Part shown: one piece after another, positions 13,401 to 26,300 of the stretch | Layout: every line of letters begins with the position of its first letter | Numbering within the stretch: the first letter of the stretch is position 1 | Assembly (NCBI RefSeq): GCF_001194135.2 | Contig: NC_068982.1 | Coordinates: 8,061,624 to 8,113,059, forward strand | Length of the DNA stretch: 51,436 bases | Direction of reading: 5' to 3' | Source of the DNA: Octopus bimaculoides | Taxonomy: Eukaryota | Notes under the pieces: generated by a model | Databases searched by the model: none | What the model was told of the DNA's origin: nothing | What the model saw: only the letters and a program-made list of their open reading frames with translations | Made by a program: the position numbers and the translations under genes

Positions 13401-16400
13401 TGACTGCGGCCATGCTGGAGCACCACCTTTAGTCAAACAAATCGACCCTAGGACCTATTCTTTGTAAACCTAATACTTTTTCTATTGGTTTCTTTTGCCA
13501 AACTGCTAAGTTACAAGGATGTAAACACACCAACATTGGTTGTCAAGTGATGGTGGGAGGACAAACACAGACTCACAAATATATACATACATATATGTGT
13601 GTATGATGATATATATATATATATATANNNNNNNNNNTTTCCATCTACCAAATCCATTCACAAGGCTTTGGTCAGCCTGAGATTATAGTAGAAGACACTT
13701 GCTCAAGGTGCCATGCAGTGGGACTGAACCCAGAACCATGTAGTTGGGAAGCAAGCTTCTTACCACACAGCCACTCTTGTGCCTATTTATTGTTTCTTCT
13801 GCTTATAATCAGAAATTACTTTATCCATCATTTAACACCACATAATGTTACTCCCTGCTTTGTTTTCTATCTGAGCATGAATTGAACTGCTATTTCTTCC
13901 CTCTCTTTCTCAGTAAACCTCCTTCCATTCCTGGCAAATTTCTTGGTATTACCAAAATAGTTGTCTAGATAACTAAAAAGAAGAAAATATAATTACAGCA
14001 AATGCTATTATCATCTCTCCAGTCGGGAATGGTAATATTCAAAGTTCCATGTTCAAAAGCTGAATTTTTTACACTTAGGCAAGCTACCTCCTCTGCTTCA
14101 CTTGCTGAAGCACTTTCACGGACGACGCCATAGCAGTAGTCAAGCATAGTAGAGTGGCCACTCTGAGAAAATAAGGTGATTATCAGAGATTAGATGGAGA
14201 AGAATATAAAATTATTAAAAATAGGTAGACATCACATTTTGAAAATGTTAAATAAGGAGAGAGAAATGGTGGGAAAATATTTAACCCTTTCGTTACTGTA
14301 TTTCTGTTGAGATGCTCTGTGTTTCTTTCAATTACTTTAAATATAACAAAGAATTTAGTACAATAACTTAGTTATCATTCAGCTAGTGTTAGGAACATAA
14401 ATTGTGACTAAGGTTTGGTGGAAGATTTTAATTCAGAACTTAAGAAAACAAGACATTTGTACTACAGAGCCAGAGGCGGTTTCAGTCGGGTTGGTAATGA
14501 AAGGGTTAATAGTGGGTATGATATATGAATTTGTGGGGCTGAGATGGGCTGGAAGTATAAGGTGAGTGATATCATGAGAATGGTTAAGAGCCTTTGCTGA
14601 AAGAAGAGAAGCAAGTGAGGTCGTGTGTGCAGAAGGATGACTAGTGTGGTTCTCTTTTGCTCTAGAGCTTTCGTCTGAGATGGACATAGTTGCTGCAGGA
14701 GTGGAGGGAATTTTCTGTTAGGTTTTGGCTAGAGGTTAGGTAGGTAGAGCTTCTACAAATATTTCACAACTGGGAAAGATTGATGTTATGAGAGGACCAA
14801 TGAAGTAGGTAAATTACACCTTTTTTTCCACCCCCATACCACAAAACTGAAGAGCATCTTAAAATACATTGTGAGAATAGACTTATGAAAATAGTGAACA
14901 GAGTCAATAATAAATACTTTCTGTTCAGAATTATTTTTGTTAAAGGAAGCTCATTAGATTATTGAAGAAAAAAATGACATGCTTAATTATATTAGTGACA
15001 TTTGACTAGCTACAAGGTCATAATTATTTTACTAGAGGGGAAATGGAACATTTTAATATCCATGCTTTTCTTGAGTGTTTTTGTAAGGCAAGCAAATCAA
15101 GAAGCCCCAGCTGAGAAACAAAACTAAGCCATTGTTTGGTCTTCTGGATTCTTACTGCCAGATTTACTGCACTTGCCATCATATGTATGATGATATTGTA
15201 TGTAGTAAGTACATTCGGTGGGAAAAACATATCGGCTGGATTAGTCTCATTATTAAAATTTAGAAAAAGAAGGTGGAAGAAGTTGTGAGAGAAAAAATAA
15301 AATAATTTTTGTTTCACATTCAGTTTGGTTTGTTAAAAAAAAAAAAAAAAAAAATCAGTGGTTACTTAATATTTTTCACTGTTAATTATAACAATTATTA
15401 GAAACAACAACGATGACAACAATAACAACAACAATTTTGCGAAGAAATTTACAGAGGGCCATGAAAGGATAGAGGAACAATTAATCACATTACTTGAAGA
15501 CCAGAGAAATCTCAGACTGATTAACCAAAAGCAGAACTGATTGTGTCAGAAAGAAGTATCAAGGGGAAATACGGTTGACAACTTCAAACCATTATCCTGT
15601 CTCCCTATTATGTGTAAGATGAAATGTCTATGTTCCTGGACTAGAAAAACATCTTCTCAGAAGAGCAAAGTGGGGTGCAAAGAAGAACCATTGGTCAACT
15701 GTTGATAGATAAGGCAGTACTGAAAGACTGCAAAATATAGGAAACCAACATAAGGATGGTGTGGATCAACTACAGGATGGCATAAGATATTGTTTCTCAT
15801 TTGTGAATTCTGGAGCACTTGAAAATATTTTGAACGGCACACAGTATCATGAATCTATTGAACTGCAGTATAAATGGTTGAAGCTTTGAACTTGCATCTG
15901 GAAGGCAAAGCTTAGGTTTTGTCAACAGCAAAGATGGAATCTTTGAAGCTTGTCAAGTTGCTTTTATTATTGTGTATGATAGCATTAACTTTGATTTTGA
16001 GAAATACGAAAGCTGTGTTCAAAGAAAGCAAACATAAGATCAGTCCCTTCTGTCTATGGTTGACCTGAAACTCTGGGAAAAATAAAAACCGGCTCAATTA
16101 ATTGATTCAAACTGAGCATTGCTCTAGCATGGAGTTGGAGTGAAAAAGTGTGGAGTGGTGATTCTAAAAAGTCCAACAAGTGGATGGTGTGAAGTTTCCC
16201 ACAGGAGAAGTAATGAAAAAATACACCAGGAAGGATACAGGTAACTGAGCATATTGGAAGTGGTCAAGTTGATGGAAAGCGAAATGAAGAAAATATTACG
16301 TTTATATATTCGTTTTGCAAGATTCTTGATGTGAATTCCTGTATTGAAACAGATAGTGTTGTATTTGGGGATGGCCATGTTGCCAGTTTAGCCAATAAAA

Positions 16401-17083
16401 ACACACATACTAAATATTTGGTGTTCACTTGCTTCAGCCTAAATATGATTAATATAAAATAAAGTTGAAGCAAGTGAACACCAAATATATAGTGTGTGTG
16501 TTTTTATTGGCGAAACTGGCAACATGACCATCCCCAAATAGAAGAAAATATTCTCTCAGCAATATTACAGAAGGCTGGAATTGATTTTGGGAACAAGTTC
16601 CAAGCAATAAATTAGCAGGCAGTTGCTCTCTTGAGATATGGAGAAGGAATGCTACAATGGTGAACCGATGAATAACAATCCTTGGATAAGAAAACAGGAA
16701 AACTTCTCGTAATACTTGGTGCATTCTACCCCAAATGTGATGTTGACAGGCTACCCCTTACAAGAAAGGAAGTAGTGCAGGGATTCATGTTTTGAAGATT
16801 GTGTTCAGACAAAGGAAAACAATATTGCTTGGTATCTAAAGAATACAAATAAGGAACACAGGTCTATTATATACTCTGGGGTCTTGAATAATAGTCCCTG
16901 CTACCGCTTATTAATTTTTCAGATTTTTTCCACCCCCCAACACTTATTAATTTTCAAGATTCGCCTCCTCCCCTCCCATCGTTTTCATTCCAACCCTCCA
17001 CCATGCTGAAATTCTATTGTAAGCTATGCATATTGATACAATAGCAAGAAAATCTAATAATAATTTTATTTTACGTTAAAAAC

Positions 17084-17121
<38 letters not shown>

Positions 17122-17318
17122 CTTTTATTCTTTTACTTGTCTCAGTCATTTGACCACAGCCATGCTGGAGCACAGCCTTCAGTCGAGCAAATCAACCCCA
17201 GGACTTATTTTTTGTAAGCCTAGTACTCATTCTATCAGTCTCTTTTGCTGAACTGCTAAGTTATCGGTTGTCAAGTGATGTTGGGGAGACAAACACAGAC
17301 AGACAGGCACACAGACAG

Positions 17319-17353
<35 letters not shown>

Positions 17354-20300
17354 TATACATATATATACGACTGGCTTCCTTCAGTTTGCGTCTACCAAAT
17401 CCACTCACAAGGCTTTGGTCGGCNNNNNNNNNNTGGCTTCCTTCAGTTTGCGTCTACCAAATCCACTCACAAGGCTTTGGTCGGCCTGAGGCTATAGTAA
17501 AAGACACTTGCCCAAGGTGCCATGCAGTGGGACTGAACCCAAAACCATGTGGCTGGTAGTAAGCAAGCTACTTACCACACAGCCACTTCTGCACCTATAT
17601 ACATATATATAAGAAGCATCAGTTGTGGTGTGCAAGAGAGACGATTGAGCTGGTATGGTCATTTGGCGAGAATAGATGAGAATAGCTGTGTGAAAAAGTG
17701 CCACACCCTAGCAGTTGAGGAAACCTGTGGAAGAGGTAGACATAGGAAGACCTCGGGTGAGGTGGTGAAGCATGATCTTCAAACATTAGGCCTCACCGAG
17801 GCAATGCCTAGTGACCGAGACTTTTGGAAATATACTGTGCGTGAGAAGACCCAGCAAGCCAAGTGAGACCATAACCCGTGGCCTTTACCAGGGTTGTGGC
17901 CAGCCCACTTATGTGTACCTTTCCTTCTTTGGACACTAAACTCTGTTTGCGAAGACCTGTTGAGGCAAGTGAAATGGAAATCGAAATTGAACCAAATTCG
18001 ACGACTGGCACCCGTGCCAGTGGAGCGCTTACAGCACCATCCGAACCTGGAGTGTTCTATCTGTTTTCATAACACATGGAAGAAAAATACTTATCCACAG
18101 TATATGTAAGCAGCATTCATGTAGTTGAGCCTTCAACATTTTAGAGCATTGATAACTTTCAACTCTAAGAAGATCAATCATTTTGAGACACAACACACCT
18201 GCTTCAGGAGACATAGAAAACAAGGAGATTGCTGTCAGAATATATGCTTTACAACCAACCAGTGTTTATAAAAACTCGAGGCTGGACAACTGCTCCAGTC
18301 TATAACTTACACGTGAGTTTACTGCTACTCCATGCTGTAGTCAACAAATTTTCATTTTCAATTTCCCGACGATTTCTCTACCAATCATCAACACAAATTC
18401 CATGCAAACTAAGAATTTTAATGATGAAATATTTATCCCTACAGGACAAGCATTTTATGGAATAAGGATTTAACAACATCAACATGACTCAATTTCTCTT
18501 TGAACTCTTTTTCATAACATCATGGCAGAGAAAAGAGTATTTCGTGGTGCGACATACTGAAATTATTCTATCAAAGAAAAGCAAGCACTTGCTATCGTGG
18601 TGAACAAATGCAAAGAGGAGTGTGATTCTGAATTAGAGTGAATGAAAGGGAAAACTCATTGGGATGCTAAAAGTAAATGTCATGTCCCAGACACACCCCA
18701 AAATGGGGATATCTCACCAAAGCAGTTCGTTTGTTTTACTTGAATTTGGCGAGTGTCAAAGACTCTGATCGACCATTTTATTCTGATATTAAAGTAGCCA
18801 AACACTGCTATGAAAAATATTTCAAAGGCGAAATTGGCAGTGCTGAAAAAAATCCAAAGAAACATTTCAGAGTTGTTAGGAGGTCGTAAAACAAAAGTAC
18901 CAGGCATGGGAGAAGCCTTGTTTGAATGGTTTGTGGATGTTAGAACATCGCTGCATGCAAGATTACCACAATCCCTTTCTCTATTACAGGCTGAGAAATT
19001 TTATGAGGAGTGGATTTGCCAACATCCAGACACACCAACTGAGGAAAAGATTTGTTTTTCAAATAGCTGAATGAAAGGTTGGCAGAAAGAGTATGGGGTG
19101 TCACTGAAATTTCCCAAAGAAATGTATTTCAATCTCCAAAGAGCAATGTGTTGAGCACATTCAGGATTATTTGAAGAACAAATGGAGTGTGCATCATTAT
19201 TTCTTTGACAAATTTGGCATAGATTCTCCTATTATCAATGGAGATGAAATGCCCCTGCACTGGAATGAAAATACTGGACAAACTACCTTATCATTTAGAA
19301 ATCAAGTTACATTCGTCAAAGAAAACCACCATTTATCTAGGGAACATATCACGTTGTTCACCCAGGTTAGCAATGATACCAAAATCAATCTTATCTCAGA
19401 GTCTGTATTTTAAAGAACTGGAAAAAGACCACCACTACTGAATGTCCTACCTACAATGAAATATTGATGGTCCCCTAGAGGTTCTTATAGATTAGAACAG
19501 CTGCTCTGTACTATTGAAAATCTTCCAAACTGATTCAATATGTTTTCACATGCAAACTTTGCCATTTATGTGCTTCATGATTACATGGTGTATTTGATGC
19601 TGGAGGTGAGAGATTCCCCCTGGAAAAGGAATTATATGCTAGTCATCATCGGCGGTGGTATCACTGGATTTGAATATCTTTTTGATCATTATCATGTTTA
19701 ATCCTTTTGTTACCATATTTCTGTTGAGATGCTCTGTAATTGTGACTAAGGTTTGGTGGAAGATTTTAATTCAGAACTTTTCAAAACAAGACATTTGTAC
19801 TACAGAGCCAGAAGTGGTTTCAGCTGGACTGGTATCAAAAGATTTAAATGCTAAAGTGTTAATCTCTCAACCTGCACAAAGACATCTCCTTCAGTGCTTC
19901 TCCATCTCCCAGTCGAGGGCTTTTTGTCTTGCAATTTACTTGGTGCCACAATCAAAGCACCAGTGCTAATGCCACATACTGAGCACCCAGTGCACTCCTT
20001 AACCCTTTTCTTACCATATTTCTGTTGTGATGCTCTGTGTTTCTTTCAATTATTTTAAATATAACAAAGAATTTAGTAAAATAACTTTGTTATCATTAAG
20101 CTAGTGTTAGGAACATAGATTATGACTAAGGTTTGGTGGAAGATTTTAATTTAAAACTTAGGAAAACAAGACATTTANNNNNNNNNNNNNNNNNNNNNNN
20201 NNNNNNNNNNNNNNNNNNNNNNNNNNNNNNNNNNNNNNNNNNNNNNNNNNNNNNNNNNNNNNNNNNNNNNNNNNNNNNNNNNNNNNNNNNNNNNNNNNNN

Positions 20301-23300
20301 NNNNNNNNNNTAACTTTGTTATCATTAAGCTAGTGTTAGGAACATAGATTATGACTAAGGTTTGGTGGAAGATTTTAATTTAAAACTTAGGAAAACAAGA
20401 CATTTGTACTACAGAGCCAGGTTGGTATCAAAAGGGTTAAATTAATCATTTGTTAACCCTTTTCTTACCATATTTCTGTTGTGATGCTCTGTGTTTCTTT
20501 CAATTATTTTAAATATAACAAAGAATTTAGTAAAATAACTTTGTTATCATTAAGCTAGTGTTAGGAACATAGATTATGACTAAGGTTTGGTGGAAGATTT
20601 TAATTTAAAACTTAGGAAAACAAGACATTTATACAACAGAGCCAGAGGCAGTTTCAGCCAGATTAGTATCAACAGGGTTAACTAGATATGGAGCATTTGA
20701 GAGACTTTGGTGATATATCATAAAACTTGACAAAAATGGTTCAGAAATTATCATAAGTTGAAAGAATGAATTTACATAGCATATTGGAAAATTAACACAA
20801 TTTTAATATCGAAGGAAAATGGAAAGGAAAACACAATGGAATATTTTGAATATAATAGAGTATTTTAAAACTTCTCATTTTACTCACATAACTTTTAAAT
20901 GAAGATATTATACTACATATCGCATTTGCCTCTGGATAGGAACTGCCTTCTGATGCAATGATTTCATGTAGTGTGTACTAGGTAAAGAAAGAGATGGAAA
21001 AAGTTTTATATTGAAGAAAAAGGCATGGATTATATGTATATGATATATTAGATATATAAGGTGAAACTGTGTGGCCTAATTTACAAAAAATAAATACTTT
21101 TATTCTTTTACCTTTACAAACACAGACACAGATACACGCACATGCACTCGACGGGTTTGTTTCAGTTTCCATCTACCAAGTCCACCCACAAGGCTTTGGT
21201 TAGCCTGAGGCTATAACAGAAGACACTTGTCCAAGGTGTCATGCAGTGGGACTGAACCTGGAACCATGTGGCTGGAAAGCAAACGTCTTACCACACAGCC
21301 ATGCCTATACCTTGTTTATCTTTTTGAAGTAGTCAATAAAACTATATTTCAGGAGAGGGAAATGATGCAGTGTAACATTCAGGTCTTTCCTGGGGAATTT
21401 ACTTGTACAAGAGAATTGTAATGGTTTTAACCAGTTACTAAAACTATTGCATGGACTTGGTTTACCAAGAGTGCAGTGCTTGTCATGGTTAGAGTTATTA
21501 AATGATAGATTCAAATTTTGGCACAAAACCAGCAAATTTAGTGGAAGGGGATTAGTCATTTAAATTGCTTCTGTACTCAACTGGTACTTATTTTATTGAC
21601 CTTAACAGAAGGAAAGACAAAGTCAGTGCTAGTGGTATTTGAAATGAGAGGGTGAAAGCAAAAGAGATGCCAACAGCTGCAGGAATGCATTTAATCTGTC
21701 CAATCCATGCCAGCATTGACTGTGGACATTAAACGACGGTGATGATGATGATTGAGATCTTTTCTGTCTGGTTGCCAGCAGCTCCAAAAATTAAAGTTTA
21801 CCAAAAATTAAAAAATTTGGCATAACACACTTGCCCAAACTAAATTGCTGGAGTTATTTCATTTTTTCCAGAAAAATCTTTTTAAAAGTTATAGAGGTTT
21901 AAAGTTTGATCATTTTCACCCAGTCAGGAAGCAGGATTTGGAAGCTGTCATTTTGTGCATGACTGCACATTTTGTTGTCAACATCCTGAAAATAGCACAT
22001 GTTGTCAATATTTGTAAACAACACGTGTTATGTCTCTGGCAATTTTCTTTCATGTAAATAAATGTTTATGTTAATTTAAAAGAGAAAAACAGTTACCAAA
22101 ATTTTCAAACTTTAATTACTAATAACTCTTTATTTATTGATTTATAATGAAAGTTACTTTCATGTCATTAATTAGCCTATAAAAGAGTACCATTACACTG
22201 AATATGAAATCAATTCAAACAGAAAATCGATGCTGGCAGCTGCAGGCAACCTAACAAAAAAGATCCAAAGTATTAAATAATGATGAGTGATGCTTAAAGC
22301 AAAGTAATTTACAAATTAGATGACTGATGCAAACAGTCATGATATGATTAATACAAACCAAGGCTTAAGTTTTAATAGCATGAATTGCATAGCAGTAGGA
22401 ATTGTAAGGCATCAACTTCCTAAACTGAAGACAGACTGGGTGTCAGTGAGGAAGCAAGTTCCTAATAGTAATGTAATCAGCTTCTCTCTGCCAAATTTGC
22501 TCACAAAGCTTTGGTCAGCCTGCAGTTTTAGTAGAAGACACTTGTCCAAGATGCAATTGGAGTGAACCCAAAACTATGTGCCTGGAAGAAGCAAACTTCT
22601 TGCCATGCAAGCTAAATTTTGAGAAAATTTTAAGCTTAGTTAACTTTCCAGTTCAAAAAAGCAAAAGCAGAAATCTCTATATAACCATACTATAAAGACT
22701 GATTTCTTTATATGATAATGTCTTAGCTTCATTTAGCATATTTTTAATATCCAGAGTGGTATATTGGCAGAACCATGAGAACATCAGACAAAATATCTTT
22801 AGCTCTACATGTTCTGGATTCAGATCTCTCTAAGGTGAACTTGGCTTTACACCTTTCTGTGAGCAATAAAATAAAGTACTAATGCTAATATAATTGATTG
22901 CGCCCTACCCAAAATTTGTGGCTATATAAACAACTAAATGAAAGATTTTGTTATAAATGTCTCACTGAAGAAACCGAAAAAGAAATGAGCAAGGTCTTAC
23001 TGGTTCATTGAGGACTCTATAATGATCAACGAAACTTTTTGCTGTTGTCAATGTGACACCACTTCGGCTTTGGAATTCATCTGCAATAAAATTAGAAATT
23101 TATTCTTTTCTCCTCTAGGCACAAGGCCCAAAATTTTTGGGGAGGGGGCCAGTCGATTAGATCGCCTCCAGTACTGAACTGGTACTTAATCTATCGACCC
23201 CGAAAGGATGACAGGCAAAGTCGACCTCGGCGGAATTTGAACTCAGAATGTAAAGACAGACAAAAAACTGCGAAGAATTTCACCCGGCATGCTAGTGTTT

Positions 23301-26300
23301 CTGCCAGCTCACTTCCTTCATTTAATAAAATATTCTCTTCTACTCTAGGCACAGGGCCAGGAACTTTTTGGGGAGTGGGGCGGGGGCAGTTGATTAGATA
23401 AACCTCAGTGCACAACTGGTACTTAATTTATTGACCCCAAAAGAATGAAGGCAAAGCTGACCTCGGCGGAATTTGAACTCAGAACGTAAAGACAGACAAA
23501 ATACCGCTAAGCATTTTACCTAGCATGCTAACATTTCTGCCAACTCGCTGCCTTAAAAATAAGAAATTTATTGCTATCATTGTTTCTTCACTCCAGCCTG
23601 CAAATATTATTCTCTATTGAATATTAATTTTTATTTTATTTTATAATTCAAAGTGAAAAGATCAGTAATTTTCAGGAAGCATACGGTTAAGATATAAAGT
23701 ATGGTTTCCATTAATTTCTCTGCAATGCATGAAGTTGGTCATTTAATTAAAACTGGTTATCTAGTGTCTTTGTAATTAAGATGTGTTATTAATTATTAGT
23801 CTTAATTATAGATGTGTGTGTATACATGCNNNNNNNNNNNNNNNNNNNNNNNNNNNNNNNNNNNNNNNNNNNNNNNNNNNNNNNNNNNNNNNNNNNNNNN
23901 NNNNNNNNNNNNNNNNNNNNNNNNNNNNNNNNNNNNNNNNNNNNNNNNNNNNNNNNNNNNNNNNNNNNNNNNNNNNNNNNNNNNNNNNNNNNNNNNNNNN
24001 NNNNNNNNNNNNNNNNNNNNNNNNNNNNNNNNNNNNNNNNNNNNNNNNNNNNNNNNNNNNNNNNNNNNNNNNNNNNNNNNNNNNNNNNNNNNNNNNNNNN
24101 NNNNNNNNNNNNNNNNNNNNNNNNNNNNNNNNNNNNNNNNNNNNNNNNNNNNNNNNNNNNNNNNNNNNNNNNNNNNNNNNNNNNNNNNNNNNNNNNNNNN
24201 NNNNNNNNNNNNNNNNNNNNNNNNNNNNNNNNNNNNNNNNNNNNNNNNNNNNNNNNNNNNNNNNNNNNNNNNNNNNNNNNNNNNNNNNNNNNNNNNNNNN
24301 NNNNNNNNNNNNNNNNNNNNNNNNNNNNNNNNNNNNNNNNNNNNNNNNNNNNNNNNNNNNNNNNNNNNNNNNNNNNNNNNNNNNNNNNNNNNNNNNNNNN
24401 NNNNNNNNNNNNNNNNNNNNNNNNNNNNNNNNNNNNNNNNNNNNNNNNNNNNNNNNNNNNNNNNNNNNNNNNNNNNNNNNNNNNNNNNNNNNNNNNNNNN
24501 NNNNNNNNNNNNNNNNNNNNNNNNNNNNNNNNNNNNNNNNNNNNNNNNNNNNNNNNNNNNNNNNNNNNNNNNNNNNNNNNNNNNNNNNNNNNNNNNNNNN
24601 NNNNNNNNNNNNNNNNNNNNNNNNNNNNNNNNNNNNNNNNNNNNNNNNNNNNNNNNNNNNNNNNNNNNNNNNNNNNNNNNNNNNNNNNNNNNNNNNNNNN
24701 NNNNNNNNNNNNNNNNNNNNNNNNNNNNNNNNNNNNNNNNNNNNNNATATATATATATATATATACCTCTTTAAATCTTCTTTCTGTACATGAGAATATA
24801 CAAGTGCCCTTGCATGCCCCACTTGCAACCACACAAAAAACATCTGCACGGGTGTGCTAATATACCGTTATATAGTTTTAAAACTAGGAAATGAACAAAC
24901 AACTTACCTACAACTACTAGGGTGTGCTAATATATCTTCCTTATTTACATTTGACGGATATTTGTCCTCATCTTGTTTGTTGTTAAGACAATGTTTTGAC
25001 TGATATACCCTCCAGCCTTCATCAGGTGTCTTGGGGAAATTTCGAAACTGGGTTCTCATTCCTAAGGTATTTTTCGATGTTGATGTTATTATTATTATTA
25101 TTCAGGTCACTCCCTGGAATCGAACTCAGAATCTCAGGGTTAGTAGCCCACGCTCTTAATCACTACGCCATATGCCCGAAACATTGTGTTAACAGCAAAC
25201 AAGATGAGGACAAATATCCGTCAAATGTAAATAATGTAAATAATGCACAGCAATTTCTCATCTCTTAAATATAGAACTGTAATACCGTTATATAGTTTTA
25301 AAACTAGGCAATAAACAAACAACTTACCTAGAACTACTAAGTCTCTCAAATGACTGCAAGCATTATCTACCACTCCCCCCTTCCTTCCTTACAATTTCTT
25401 AATCGGATACCGTTCCTACACCTTTCTCTTTGACGCTGTTTAAATATATCTTCAAGGTGCCACAATATATTTGCTCATTTATTCTACAGTACACCTATAA
25501 ATGACCTCAGCCTAAATTCACAAACACATCCCTCTGCCTAGCTTCAACAATACCAAATTTTCCCCTACTCATTTTCATCTCCCTCTCCTTTTCATATTCT
25601 TCTCATTTACTCCCTCCTTCACTAATATGCCTTTCTTCTCAATCTCTTTGCTTTCCATGCATTTTCAATTGAATCCCGTGTGAATCAACTTGGGATCCTT
25701 TGACAACGATGTTAACTTCTTTTGATTTGGCCTGATGAATAGCGAGCAGATTACCCCTATTTTTGAATAACTACAACTCCTGAGATTCTGCTAGTTATGA
25801 AACATATGTAACTTGGATTTTATCAACTCCCTTCCCTAATTTTGGATTTTAATTCACATACAAAGCGAAATTGTAATGGTACCTGTACCAGTAAATCACT
25901 AAGAGCACCGTCCGAGCGTGATGATTGCCAGAGCACTAGCTGTTTGGCTTCTGTGCCGGTGGCACACAAATAGCACCATTTGAGCATGATCGTTACCAAT
26001 GTCGCTTTCCTGGCACATGAAAAGACATTTGAGTGAGTTCGTTGCCAGTACCGCTGGATTGGCTCCTATGCAGGTGGCACGTAAAATACACCATTTCGAG
26101 CATGGCCATTGCCAGTACCTCCTGACTGACCTTCGTGCTGGTGGCACGTAAAAGCACCCACTACACTCTCTGAGTGGTTGGCGTTAGGAAGGGCATCCAG
26201 CTGTAGAAACTCTGCCAAATCAGATTGGAGCCTGGTGTAGCCATCTGGTTTCACCAGTCCTCAGTCAAATCGTCTAACCCATGCTGGCATGGAAAGTGGA

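Noticed and set aside
15150-15222. Minus-strand peptide RYVFPTECTYYIQYHHTYDGKC, superficially VWD-like
   Set aside because: Weak acceptor, no place in the domain order, and the flanking exons already join in phase 0.
17374-17484. Direct duplication of about 50 bp inside a SINE
   Set aside because: Identical sequence on either side of a 10-N gap; most likely an unmerged contig overlap.
25105-25177. tRNA-like sequences (also 40345-40490 and the heads of SINE families 1-3)
   Set aside because: A/B boxes are present but there is no complete cloverleaf, and each is fused to a repeat body; these are SINE heads, not tRNA genes.
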